From: SAR324 cluster bacterium
GTDB lineage: Bacteria; SAR324; JACQKK01
DNA length: 64,000 bases
Direction: 5' to 3'
Assembly (NCBI GenBank): GCA_022574555.1
Contig: JACZRV010000002.1
Span: forward strand, 21,995-85,994
Below are positions 48,360-58,110 of this stretch, in pieces. The notes beneath the pieces were generated by a model, which worked only from the letters and a program-made list of their open reading frames with translations, was not told the origin of the DNA and made no database searches. Position 1 is the stretch's first letter; each line of letters opens with the position of its first letter. Position numbers and translations under genes: made by a program.

Positions 48360-48387
48360 GTAGGGACACGGCATGCCGTGTCCCTAC
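48360..48387. repeat. Perfect 28-nt palindrome GTAGGGACACGGCATGCCGTGTCCCTAC, copy 1 of a repeated element.
   Basis: Exact inverted repeat with a GCATGC core, 70-100 nt upstream of the thiS start. A near-identical half-palindrome occurs at 59124-59142. Confidence 0.8.
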
Positions 48388-48669
48388 GTACGCCCAATTT
48401 ATACAGGCATTGCATCCGGTCGCATAAAAACGAACCCTTGACCCGCTGTACCGCCTGCCCAATCGAGGAGGCGGGAGGACGAGTCCTCCCGCAATATGCC
48501 TTTTGTGACGAGCCTTTACAAATCCAGCATACATGGAAAGTCCGGGATACGGAACGCGGCAACGGCAGAAATTGGCAAGTCCACGAGGAGATGGTAATTT
48601 TGAGGTAAAATGACTCGAATCGGTACGCCTCCTCCTGGGGCGACCCAGACGAGATGGCCGAAGTTGCCT

Positions 48670-48729
48670 GACGCCACGATGTCTGACGCGACGGTGTCTG
48701 ACGCCACGGTGTCTAACGCAACGCTATCT
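48670..48729. repeat. Four tandem 15-bp direct repeats (gacgccacgRtgtct) about 55 nt upstream of the ior start codon.
   Basis: gacgccacgatgtct / gacgcgacggtgtct / gacgccacggtgtct / aacgcaacgctatct. Confidence 0.8.
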
Positions 48730-48784
48730 GCCCGCAACATAGAGACCGGCGATCGAAGTCGAACGACCGGAACTGGAGACAGGG

Positions 48785-51700
48785 ATGAATGAACGCGCTT
48801 TTTCACTCGAGGACAAGTATCGGGTAACCGAGGGACGGATCGCCATCACCGGCGTTCAGGCACTGGTACGAATTCCCATGGATCAGCGCCGCCGCGACGT
48901 GGCGGCGGGATTGAACACGGCCACCTACATCAGCGGATACCAGGGATCGCCCTTGGGCGAATTCGACAAGCAGATTCAGGCTGCCCGCGCTCTGCTCAAA
49001 GAACACCACGTGGTTTGGCAGCCGGGGATCAACGAGGAGATCGCGGCCACGTCGGTATACGGGACGCAGCTGCTGGATAGCTTCCCGGAGCCCAAGTACG
49101 ATGGCGTGCTGGGGATGTGGTACGGCAAGTCCCCGGGTGTGGACCGGACGATGGATGCGTTCAAGCACGGCAATTTCCTGGGCACGTCCAAGTACGGCGG
49201 GGCATTGGCCCTGGGTGGCGATGACCATGCCTGCAAGAGCTCCACGCTCCCCAACTCCAGCGATGTGGCGTTCTATGACGCCAATTTCCCGACGCTTTAT
49301 CCCGGCAATCCCCAGGAGGTATTGGAGTATGGGCTGCACGGGTTCGCCATGTCCCGTTACTCGGGACTGTGGGTAGCGATCAAGGTGGTGACCAACGTCG
49401 CCGACGGCGGCGGGATTATCGATGTCTATCCCGAGATGGCCCTCAGCGTGATACCCGAGCTTGAGATCAACGGCTGGCCGTTCGAGAAATCCCAGGACAT
49501 AGCCCTCATCCCCCCCAACAGCATCGAAACCGAGCGCCAGATACACTACGAGCGCATGCTGGCCGCCACGGCCTATGCCCGTATCAACGGCTTGAATCGC
49601 ATCGTCGTGCAGAGCGGCAGCGACCGCATCGGATTGATTTCCGCCGGAAAGGCCTATTACGACCTGGTGCAGGCTCTGGAAATGCTGGGGCTGGGCGAAG
49701 AGGACCTGCGGCAGGCCGGGATCCGGCTGTTCAAGATGGGAATGATCAGCCCCATCGAGACCGGCACCCTGGTGGAATTTGCCGACGGGCTGGAGGAAAT
49801 CATCGTGGTGGAGGAAAAGCGCGGCTTCATGGAGACCCTGATTCGCAGCGCGCTCTACAATCATCCCCGGCGGCCCTCGGTCTATGGCAAGTTCGACAAG
49901 CATGATCGAACCCTGTTCCCCATCCATAGCGAGCTCCAGGTGGACCAGATCGCCCGCATCCTGGCCCATTACTTCGCCGAAAAGCTGGGGCGCGTGGACC
50001 TGGTGGAACGGGCCAAGTGGCTCTTCGACATCGATGAGCGCAAATACGAGGAAGTAGAAGGACGCACGCCTTATTTTTGCAGCGGCTGTCCTCACAATAC
50101 CTCCACCAATCTGCCCGAAGGCGCCATAGCCGGAGGCGGCATCGGATGCCATGCCATGGCCATCTGGATGGATCGCGGGATCGCCTACTTTACGCAGATG
50201 GGCGGGGAGGGGGCGCCCTGGATGGGGCTCTTCCCGTTTACCCAAAAAGACCATTTCTTCCAGAACATCGGCGACGGCACCTATAGTCATTCCGGCAGTA
50301 AATCCCTCGAAGCCTGCATCGCCTCGGGGGTCAATATGACCTTCAAGATCCTATACAACTCGTCGTCGGCTATGACCGGCGGTCAAGCGGTGGTGGGCCA
50401 GCTTTCCACGACCGATCTGGCCCACAAGCTGGTGCGTGAAGGGGTCACCGAGGTGGTGATCGTGCCGGAGGACATGGGCCGCTATTCCCGAAAAAAGATC
50501 GGCGAAAAGATTCGGGTGGCGCCCAAGAGCGGCTACAACAAGGTCATGCTGGAAATGCAGAAGGTCAAGGGAGTCAGCATCATCATCTTCGATCAGCAAT
50601 GCGCGGCGGAAAAACGCCGGCAGCGCAAGCGGGGAATCCTGGAGACCCCGCCCCAACGGGTCTATATCAATGAAGCCGTCTGCGAGGGGTGTGGCGATTG
50701 CGGCGTTAAATCCAATTGCCTGTCGGTCATGCCCTTCGAAACCGGGTACGGCCGTAAGACCCGCATCCACCAAAGCTCGTGCAACATGGACTACTCGTGC
50801 CTGAAGGGCGACTGTCCCGCCTTCATGACGGTCGAGTTGGGCCATGGAACGCGCATAGGGACGAAGGAGGGGTTTGCCTCGCCCCTGGGGGCCGACCTGC
50901 CCGAGCCGGCAACGAAAGCCGATTGCAAGGTGCCCTACACGATCATGCTGGTGGGCATCGGCGGCACGGGGGTGCTGACCGTCGATGCGCTGCTGGTCAC
51001 CGCCGCGCTGATCGATGGAAAGTATGCGCTGCATCTGGACCAAACCGGCCTGGCGCAAAAGGGCGGCCCGGTGCTTTCCAATTTCATCATCAGCGATGAA
51101 CCTCTGAACCGTGCCAACAAGATTGCGGCTGGAGAGACCGACACCCTGCTGGCCTTCGATTTTCTCGCGGCGGTATCCCAGGACAACCTGAACCGGTACC
51201 ATCCCGACCGCACGCGGGCCGTGATCAATTCGGCGACCAGCCCCACGGGGAACACGGTGCGGAATATTCATGCCCAACTGCCCGCCTTGGAGTTTATGCA
51301 GAAGAGGATCGGTGCCTATCTGCGGCCCGATGGGAACACGACGGTGCCGGTGGAAAGGATCGTTGACGGGCTGTTCGGCAACAGTCTGTCCGGCAACGTC
51401 TTCATGGTGGGTCTGGCCTACCAGTCCGGCTTGATTCCCCTCGCCGCCCAATCCATTGAAGCTGCCATCGAGGCCAACGGCGTGGCCGTCAACCAGAACA
51501 TCCAGGCGTTTCGCTGGGGCCGCAAGTATCAGTTCGACCCACGGGCCGTGGATTCGTTGTCGAGTGGCGACTCGAAATCCGCCGATCCCCGCGCCGAGGC
51601 CCTGGCCAGACTGCGCGAATTCGCGCCGAACCGCGTTTCCGATTTTGAGAAACTCGCGGCCAAGATTCCAGGCGCGGAGGCCCTGGCGCAACTGCTCTAC

Positions 51701-52324
51701 CCACGGCTGGCCGATCTCATCCTCTACCAGAATCCGCAATATGCGGCGAAATACCTGGATTACGTGCTGGCCGTGGCCAGCGAGGAACGGCGCAACACAG
51801 CCGGCCGGACGGGACTGGCCGAAGCGGTGGCCCGCTGGTATTTCAAGCTGCTCGCTTACAAGGACGAATACGAGGTGGCCCGGCTTTGGGTTCAGCACGC
51901 CGCGTGGCGCGACGCCAAGGCTGCCTACGAGGGTCCCCTCAAACGGTATTACCAGCTTCATCCACCCATCCTGCGGGCTATGGGAATGAACCGGAAAATC
52001 AAGCTGGGCGAATGGTTCACGCCTGTGCTGAAGGGTCTGGCGAGCCTGAAATTTCTCCGGGGCACGGCACTGGACCCGTTCGGCTACGCCAAAGCCCGGC
52101 GCGAAGAGCGCAGACTCATCGGCTGGTACCGCGACATGGTCGATTCGCTGCTGCCGGCGTTGAACCACGAAAATCACGCTCTTGCCGTCGAGATCGCCTC
52201 CCTGCCGGACAACATCCGCGGCTATGAGTCGGTCAAGGAACGAATGATCGCGGAGACGGAAGAAGAGGCGGAACGGTTGCAAGAGGCCTATCGCAATCCG
52301 CAACAGACTCGCATGGCGATCTGA
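48785..52324 (+). CDS. Indolepyruvate:ferredoxin oxidoreductase, fused alpha-beta form (2-oxoacid:ferredoxin oxidoreductase family).
   Basis: 1179 aa. N-terminal …GVQALVRIP…GYQGSPLG, TPP-binding GDGTYSHSG, and ferredoxin-like CEGCGDCGVKSNC…C…C motifs. Confidence 0.9.
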   Translation: MNERAFSLEDKYRVTEGRIAITGVQALVRIPMDQRRRDVAAGLNTATYISGYQGSPLGEFDKQIQAARALLKEHHVVWQPGINEEIAATSVYGTQLLDSFPEPKYDGVLGMWYGKSPGVDRTMDAFKHGNFLGTSKYGGALALGGDDHACKSSTLPNSSDVAFYDANFPTLYPGNPQEVLEYGLHGFAMSRYSGLWVAIKVVTNVADGGGIIDVYPEMALSVIPELEINGWPFEKSQDIALIPPNSIETERQIHYERMLAATAYARINGLNRIVVQSGSDRIGLISAGKAYYDLVQALEMLGLGEEDLRQAGIRLFKMGMISPIETGTLVEFADGLEEIIVVEEKRGFMETLIRSALYNHPRRPSVYGKFDKHDRTLFPIHSELQVDQIARILAHYFAEKLGRVDLVERAKWLFDIDERKYEEVEGRTPYFCSGCPHNTSTNLPEGAIAGGGIGCHAMAIWMDRGIAYFTQMGGEGAPWMGLFPFTQKDHFFQNIGDGTYSHSGSKSLEACIASGVNMTFKILYNSSSAMTGGQAVVGQLSTTDLAHKLVREGVTEVVIVPEDMGRYSRKKIGEKIRVAPKSGYNKVMLEMQKVKGVSIIIFDQQCAAEKRRQRKRGILETPPQRVYINEAVCEGCGDCGVKSNCLSVMPFETGYGRKTRIHQSSCNMDYSCLKGDCPAFMTVELGHGTRIGTKEGFASPLGADLPEPATKADCKVPYTIMLVGIGGTGVLTVDALLVTAALIDGKYALHLDQTGLAQKGGPVLSNFIISDEPLNRANKIAAGETDTLLAFDFLAAVSQDNLNRYHPDRTRAVINSATSPTGNTVRNIHAQLPALEFMQKRIGAYLRPDGNTTVPVERIVDGLFGNSLSGNVFMVGLAYQSGLIPLAAQSIEAAIEANGVAVNQNIQAFRWGRKYQFDPRAVDSLSSGDSKSADPRAEALARLREFAPNRVSDFEKLAAKIPGAEALAQLLYPRLADLILYQNPQYAAKYLDYVLAVASEERRNTAGRTGLAEAVARWYFKLLAYKDEYEVARLWVQHAAWRDAKAAYEGPLKRYYQLHPPILRAMGMNRKIKLGEWFTPVLKGLASLKFLRGTALDPFGYAKARREERRLIGWYRDMVDSLLPALNHENHALAVEIASLPDNIRGYESVKERMIAETEEEAERLQEAYRNPQQTRMAI

Positions 52325-52416
52325 AATCCCTGCCGGGCGACGCGCGCACCCGGTACGCAAATCGAAGCGGTGCGGGCTCTCGACGCGACCGGCACATCTT
52401 TCATCGGCGGAACGAC

Positions 52417-53466
52417 ATGATTCCGAAAAGTTTACCCGTGGCGATCGGCCCATTCGCCTTGGCCCTGATCCTGTTTGCGGCCCTCGTCTGGATCACCGCG
52501 GGCGCTCCGCTCGCCGTTGGCGCCGAGAGCCCGGCCAACACTTTGGTAGGGCGGGTCGACGGCGATCCGATCTACCGGGAGGACCTGCACGACAAGGAAA
52601 TCGCCGAGACGAGACAGAAACTATACGATCTGGAGCGGTCTTCGTTACGGGAAAAAAGTCTGGCGCTGCTCCGCGAAAAACATCCCGGCGAGTTTCCCGT
52701 GCCCAAGGTCACCATCCGTGAGGATGACATTCGTAATTTCTACAAATCGGCCGACCTCGGCCGGCAAGGAACCCTGGAAGAACTCGAGGATCGCATCCGG
52801 GATTATCTGGAAATCCGTAAGCTCGCCGATATCGACGAATTGCAGTACCAGACGGCGTTCGCGCAGGGTTACATCGAATCCTTCCTGAAACCGCCCCAGG
52901 TTTATCTGGTCGAGTTGGCTAACGTCGATCGGGCCGCGGTGAAGGGTAATGAAACAGCGCTGGTACGGATCGTCGAGTTCTCGGATTTCCAGTGCCCTTT
53001 CTGCAACCGGGCGCGGCCCGTGGTGCAACAGGTGCTGGAGAAGTATGCGGGACGCGTGCATTTGACCTATCGCCACCTGCCATTGGATCGCATCCATCCC
53101 CGCGCGCGGGAATTGGCCGAGGCCGCGGAATGTGCCGCCGATCAAGGCAGATTCTGGCCTTTCCACGATACCATATTCGACAATTTGGATTCGTTGGCCA
53201 CGGCGGATCTGACGGAATTCGCCGGCAAGGCACAGGTGGAGGATCTGAAAGCGTTCGATGCCTGCGTGCGATCGCACCGGTTCGCCGACCGTGTGGAGGA
53301 AGACCTGCGAGCCGCCGATCGATTGGGCATTGGAGGCACGCCCACCTTTTTTATTGGGCGCCGAGGCGAAAATGGTATGCTGCAAGGCGTGCTTCTGGAA
53401 GGAGCGCAACCCTTTAAGGCATTCCAGGATTCCATCGACCGTATTCTGGCGGGAGAATCAAACTGA
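52417..53466 (+). CDS. DsbA-family thiol:disulfide oxidoreductase with an N-terminal membrane anchor and a helical domain.
   Basis: CPFC active site in FSDFQCPFCNR. DsbA fold (…GIGGTPTFFIG…). Confidence 0.75.
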   Translation: MIPKSLPVAIGPFALALILFAALVWITAGAPLAVGAESPANTLVGRVDGDPIYREDLHDKEIAETRQKLYDLERSSLREKSLALLREKHPGEFPVPKVTIREDDIRNFYKSADLGRQGTLEELEDRIRDYLEIRKLADIDELQYQTAFAQGYIESFLKPPQVYLVELANVDRAAVKGNETALVRIVEFSDFQCPFCNRARPVVQQVLEKYAGRVHLTYRHLPLDRIHPRARELAEAAECAADQGRFWPFHDTIFDNLDSLATADLTEFAGKAQVEDLKAFDACVRSHRFADRVEEDLRAADRLGIGGTPTFFIGRRGENGMLQGVLLEGAQPFKAFQDSIDRILAGESN

Positions 53467-53814
53467 CGCAGCGAGTCGGACCGGCATCACGAATCATCAC
53501 CAAGCCACCCCCGGACGGGAAAAACCCCTGGCCGGTTCCAACGCTCAGCCAACGTTGTCATCCTTTTCTGGGACAGTACACCCTGGCGCCGTCATTTCCG
53601 GCGGGATATCCGCCGCAATCCGCGATTCGTCGAATATTTTGCCCGGCTCAATTTCCCCGCGAAACCAACAGCCGTCCGATGGGTCCAGTGGCGCCGATCG
53701 GGTGACGTGGTAAGCGATATTCGTAGCCCGATTTCCAATGACCGAATCAGCCATTGCGATGATGTCCGCCAATACAGACCGCGCAACCAAATCCGAAAAA
53801 GTGTGCAGACGGCA

Positions 53815-55125
53815 ATGAAATATCGCACGGTCGGAATCCTGGGGTTTATTTACCTGGCGATATTGTTCCTGCTGTCTGTGGGCTGGGAATACCTCTTCGA
53901 GGACATCGTCAATCCGCACCTCATAGCGGATTACCAACCCGAAGATGCCCTGGAACGATGGGAATTCATCATTACCGCAACGATACTCTCGGCCGTCGCG
54001 ATGATCCTCCCTGGAATCTTACTGGTCAAAAACATCGCCGCCCGCAGGCGGACAGAAGAATACTATGAGCGCTTGAATTCAATTCTGCAGGCCACGCCGG
54101 ACATAATCATTATCTCGAGACGCTCCGGCGTCCCCATCTTCATGAACCGTGCGGCCCGGACTACGTTTGGGATCACCAACGAGGAAGACATACCGAAATT
54201 CCGTTTCATCGATTCCCATTCTGCCCAGTCCCGCAAGACAGTGCTCGACGTGGGAATCCCTACCGCTCTGGAAAAAGGACTGTGGGTAGGCGAGAGCGAA
54301 CTGATCGACGGCCAGGGACGATGTATCCCGGTTTCCGAGGTAATCCTCGCCTCCCGGGGAGCGGACGGCAAGATCGAGTATCTGTCGGGCATTTGCCGGG
54401 ACATCACGCCCCACAAGGAAGTCGAACGCCTCAAAAGCGATCTGATCGGCATCGTATCCCACGAGCTGCGGACGCCACTGACCTCCATACAAAGCGCGAT
54501 CAGCATGCTCGGAAGGGAGATTGCACCCGATTTGCCCTCCGACGCGGCCGAGATGCTGCAAATAGCCGAATCCAATACTCGACGCCTCGTGCGGCTTGTG
54601 AACGATATCCTCGATCTGGAAAAAATCGATAACGACAGACTGGAGCTGATCACCGAACGAATCGATTTCCGCACCCTTGTGACGGAGACGCTCCTCGATA
54701 TGACCCCGATGGCGAGCGAGTCCGAGGTGAGATTGATTCACGAAATCGATGAGCAGTTGGTGGTAGAGGGCGACAAAGATCGGCTGGCCCAGGTGATCAC
54801 CAATCTGGTGGGCAACGCGATCAAATTCTCCCGGCGTGGCGGCACGATCACCGTGCGGGCCAAGAACGAAGCCGATGGGCAGGTGCGCCTATCCGTCGAG
54901 GATCAAGGCCCGGGAATTGATGAGCGAAACATTTCCAGGCTGTTCGATAAATTCCAACAGTTCGGCGACCCACCCAAAGGAGGCAAGCAGGGCAGTGGAC
55001 TGGGATTGGCCATTTCCAAGGCCATCATCGATCAGCACGGCGGTAAAATCGGTGTGGATACCGAAATGGGGCGGGGAAGTACTTTCTATTTTATCTTGCC
55101 CCGGTTCCCCGAACAGCCTTCGTAA
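53815..55125 (+). CDS. Membrane sensor histidine kinase with a PAS domain.
   Basis: Two TM helices. H-box SHELRTPLTSI. N/G-boxes (LVGNAIKFS, GSGLGLAISK). Confidence 0.8.
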   Translation: MKYRTVGILGFIYLAILFLLSVGWEYLFEDIVNPHLIADYQPEDALERWEFIITATILSAVAMILPGILLVKNIAARRRTEEYYERLNSILQATPDIIIISRRSGVPIFMNRAARTTFGITNEEDIPKFRFIDSHSAQSRKTVLDVGIPTALEKGLWVGESELIDGQGRCIPVSEVILASRGADGKIEYLSGICRDITPHKEVERLKSDLIGIVSHELRTPLTSIQSAISMLGREIAPDLPSDAAEMLQIAESNTRRLVRLVNDILDLEKIDNDRLELITERIDFRTLVTETLLDMTPMASESEVRLIHEIDEQLVVEGDKDRLAQVITNLVGNAIKFSRRGGTITVRAKNEADGQVRLSVEDQGPGIDERNISRLFDKFQQFGDPPKGGKQGSGLGLAISKAIIDQHGGKIGVDTEMGRGSTFYFILPRFPEQPS

Positions 55126-55290
55126 CCGAGCAACCGAGCAACCGATCGTTCATCCGCGCGAGGCGCCCAGACAAACGAGATCCCGTGGTACGAGAACAAC
55201 CGGCAGGGTGGATGCAAAACCAGTTTGGAAGGGTCTGGAACGGAAGGTCCGCCACCGCCTGCGAAGGCTAGGGCGTGTGCCGGAATAAAG

Positions 55291-55515
55291 CTAAATCAAA
55301 CCCTGGGCTTTCAACACGCGGTACGCGCCCTTGCGGTCCAGGATTTTCAGCCCCTTGGCGCTCATCTTGACCTTGACATAGCGCTTGAGTTCCGGCAGGT
55401 AGATCCGTTTTTTGACGATGTTCACCTTTTGGACGTGACGGCTTTTGTTATTGGCGTGGGATACGCGATTGCCGCTCAGCCCTGTCTTATTGGTGATCTG
55501 ACACTTTCTCGACAT
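55291..55515 (-). CDS. rpmB: 50S ribosomal protein L28.
   Basis: MSRKCQITNKTGLSGNRVSHANNKSRHVQKVNIVKKRIYLPELKRYVKVKMSAKGLKILDRKG matches the L28 consensus. Confidence 0.9.
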   Translation of the reverse strand: MSRKCQITNKTGLSGNRVSHANNKSRHVQKVNIVKKRIYLPELKRYVKVKMSAKGLKILDRKGAYRVLKAQGLI

Positions 55516-55600
55516 CGGCTTCCTGTCTGCTGGGGTAACGGGCTTTAACCTTTCTTTATTAGCTCGATACCTGCTTATTGTCAAATTATGCGGCACGCTC

Positions 55601-56701
55601 ATGAACCGCCGGCAGCAGTTTGAGCGTGCAATCGGCCGGCAATCGCCCGCGGTGAGACAATTTCTAAAAAGAGCGCCAATGCCTGAACGGCTCCTGCTGA
55701 TCCAATTGCGGCGCATCGGCGACGTCCTGATGACCACGCCGGCCGTGCGGGCGTTGGGACAGGCGTTTCCGGAGGCCCGGCTGGTCTATATTACCGAACC
55801 CTCCGGGGCTGAGGTATTGAGAAACAATCCGCACATCGACGAAATCTGGCCGGTCAGCCCCAAGCCGGGATGGAGCGAGATTCTGCGGTTGGTGAGGCGC
55901 ATGCGCCGCCGCCGGTTCGATATCGCGATCGATTTCTATTCTCAGCCCAAGAGCGCCGTGCTGACCCGATTGAGCGGCGCGCCCCGGCGCATCGGATTCG
56001 ATTTGCGGGGCCGCCGCTGGGCTTATACCGAGCCCGTCGAGAAACCACCGGGCCGGCGTTATTCCGCCTTCCACAAGGAAGCCCTGCTGGCACCCTTGGG
56101 GGTAGCGCTGGATGGGCCGTTGCCGGAAATATATCCCGGCGCCGAGCAGCGGGCCTGGGCCGATGCGCTGCTCGCAAGCCTGGGAGTCTCGCATGGGGAT
56201 TTCCTGGTGGCGCTGCTGCCGGTTTCGCGCCAGCCCTACAAGGTGTGGCCGTTGGATCGCTGGGCCCGGCTGGCGGATTGGCTGATCGAAACCACCGGCG
56301 CGAAGGTGCTTCCCTTGTGGGGGCCGGGAGAGGAATCGTTCGTCGTAGGCGTGCGCGGGGCGATGCACGCGTCGATGCTGCCTGATTACCCCATCCCCGA
56401 CCTGCTGCAGATGGCCGCCCTGCTCGATCGGGCCGGCCTGTACGTGGGCAACGACGCCGGACCCCGTCATATCGCCATCGCCGTGGGCACGCCCACCGTG
56501 GGTGTTTTCGGCAGGCCGTGGCCTGAAAACTGGACGCCGCCCGGGGATAGCCGCCATCGTGTCGTGGCCCACGATCCGGGCTGCAAATCGAACTGCACTT
56601 ACCCGCGCTGCGGCCATTTGAATTGTATCAACGGTGTGACGTATGATGACGTTCTTCGAGAAACCCAACTTGCAGTGGAGGACTTGGCTCATGGCCATTA
56701 A
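55601..56701 (+). CDS. Glycosyltransferase family 9 (ADP-heptose:LPS heptosyltransferase-like). The start may be 55679.
   Basis: LLIQLRRIGDVLMTTPAVRAL N-terminal signature of the heptosyltransferase family. Confidence 0.8.
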   Translation: MNRRQQFERAIGRQSPAVRQFLKRAPMPERLLLIQLRRIGDVLMTTPAVRALGQAFPEARLVYITEPSGAEVLRNNPHIDEIWPVSPKPGWSEILRLVRRMRRRRFDIAIDFYSQPKSAVLTRLSGAPRRIGFDLRGRRWAYTEPVEKPPGRRYSAFHKEALLAPLGVALDGPLPEIYPGAEQRAWADALLASLGVSHGDFLVALLPVSRQPYKVWPLDRWARLADWLIETTGAKVLPLWGPGEESFVVGVRGAMHASMLPDYPIPDLLQMAALLDRAGLYVGNDAGPRHIAIAVGTPTVGVFGRPWPENWTPPGDSRHRVVAHDPGCKSNCTYPRCGHLNCINGVTYDDVLRETQLAVEDLAHGH

Positions 56702-57308
56702 GTTCGATTCCGATCGTCTCATCCGCCTGCTCGAGCAATCCGTCGAGCGATGGCACGCCGCGCCTCTGGTGCACGACGCCCGCGAGCCGTTTCTCCAACA
56801 GGTGAGCATACTTCACGGATACAATTTCCAGATATGGCACGAGGAGGACCAAGCCCGCAAAACCGGGGCCGGCGACGATGAAATCGGCCGCGTCAAGCGC
56901 CGTATCGACCCGCTCAATCAATACCGCAACGACGCCATGGAAGCACTGGACGAGCACGTCTTGTCCCAGTTGCAGAACGACGGCGTGGAAGCACCTGAGG
57001 CTGCACCCCTTCACTCCGAGGCGGTGGGCAATATCGTCGATCGCCTCTCCATACTCTCCCTGAAGGCCTACCACATGGCGGAGGAAACGCGGCGCGAGGA
57101 TGCCGGTGGAGCCCATTGCCGCGAGTGCGAAACAAAACTGAGGGTGTTGCAGGAACAACGCGCCGATCTGGCCAAGGCGTTGGAGGATTTGGGAGCGGAC
57201 CTGTCCCAGGGACGCAAGCGGTTCAAGGTCTATCGCCAGATGAAGATGTACAACGACCCCAATCTCAATCCCGTGCTTTATGGGGCTGTACCAGAGGATT
57301 CGGTCTGA
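56691..57308 (+). CDS. DUF4254-like protein commonly paired with GT9 heptosyltransferases.
   Basis: Overlaps the GT9 3' end by 11 nt. Helical protein containing CRECETKLRVL. Confidence 0.45.
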   Translation: MAIKFDSDRLIRLLEQSVERWHAAPLVHDAREPFLQQVSILHGYNFQIWHEEDQARKTGAGDDEIGRVKRRIDPLNQYRNDAMEALDEHVLSQLQNDGVEAPEAAPLHSEAVGNIVDRLSILSLKAYHMAEETRREDAGGAHCRECETKLRVLQEQRADLAKALEDLGADLSQGRKRFKVYRQMKMYNDPNLNPVLYGAVPEDSV

Positions 57309-57450
57309 TGAGCAGACTTGGCGCTACGTGCGGAATTTTGACGTAGTTTCCTCCAGCCGGTAGCCTCATACACAAGACAAATTATTCGCATGTGCGAACC
57401 CAGTCCACCCGAGTGTACCCATTCTTCCCGAATTTCTCCCGGCAATCGTC

Positions 57451-57885
57451 ATGAGTGAAGTCACCACCACAGATGGCAGCCGTGCCCTGCGCCGGCTGGC
57501 CCAGAGAGTGGAGACCGTCGCCACCGGCGGTTTCAAGATCACCTATCTCCCCATGAAACTGACCGTCGAGGCCGGACCGCCCGACCTCGACGCTCACCAC
57601 GAAGGGCAGCCCGGATCCCTGCTCGACATTGCGCTGAAAAACGATATCGAGATCGATCACTCCTGCGGGGGCTTCACGGCCTGTTCCACCTGCCACGTTA
57701 TCGTGCGGGAAGGACTGGAATCTTGCAACGAGACTACGGAGGATGAGGACGACATGCTCGACGAGGCGCCGGGATTGACTCTCAATTCCCGCCTGGCCTG
57801 CCAATGCGTCCCCGATGGCTCGGTCGACATCGTGGTGGAAATCCCCGCCTGGAATCGCAACCTGGCCAAGGAAAGCTCCCACTGA
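57451..57885 (+). CDS. fdx: [2Fe-2S] ferredoxin (adrenodoxin/ISC Fdx-like).
   Basis: Cys ligands in HSCGGFTACSTCHV … LACQC. Confidence 0.8.
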   Translation: MSEVTTTDGSRALRRLAQRVETVATGGFKITYLPMKLTVEAGPPDLDAHHEGQPGSLLDIALKNDIEIDHSCGGFTACSTCHVIVREGLESCNETTEDEDDMLDEAPGLTLNSRLACQCVPDGSVDIVVEIPAWNRNLAKESSH

Positions 57886-58110
57886 ACGCACGAAGGCCAT
57901 TCGCTTGCGCCCAACACGCGGGCGCAATCCGGATTCAGTTTGAGCGAATGTGGGCGGACGTTCAGGGCCACAGCATGTGGGAATCGCCTTGGCCCTGGCT
58001 AATCTCGCCAGGCCGGCATGCCAGTCGGCATGACCCCGTCATCTGCGATTGCCAGCGCGCCAATGCGCGCGATGACGAGGCCCCCTCGCATCGGAGAGGG
58101 ATCAGTCCGC

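Noticed and set aside
48288-48420. Possible TPP riboswitch in the thiS leader.
   Set aside because: I transcribed the minus-strand leader. The near-invariant CUGAGA box and the ACCUGAUCUGG pyrimidine-sensor helix of the THI element are absent. Only a partial CGUAGGGA resemblance is present, and it is explained by the palindromic repeat.
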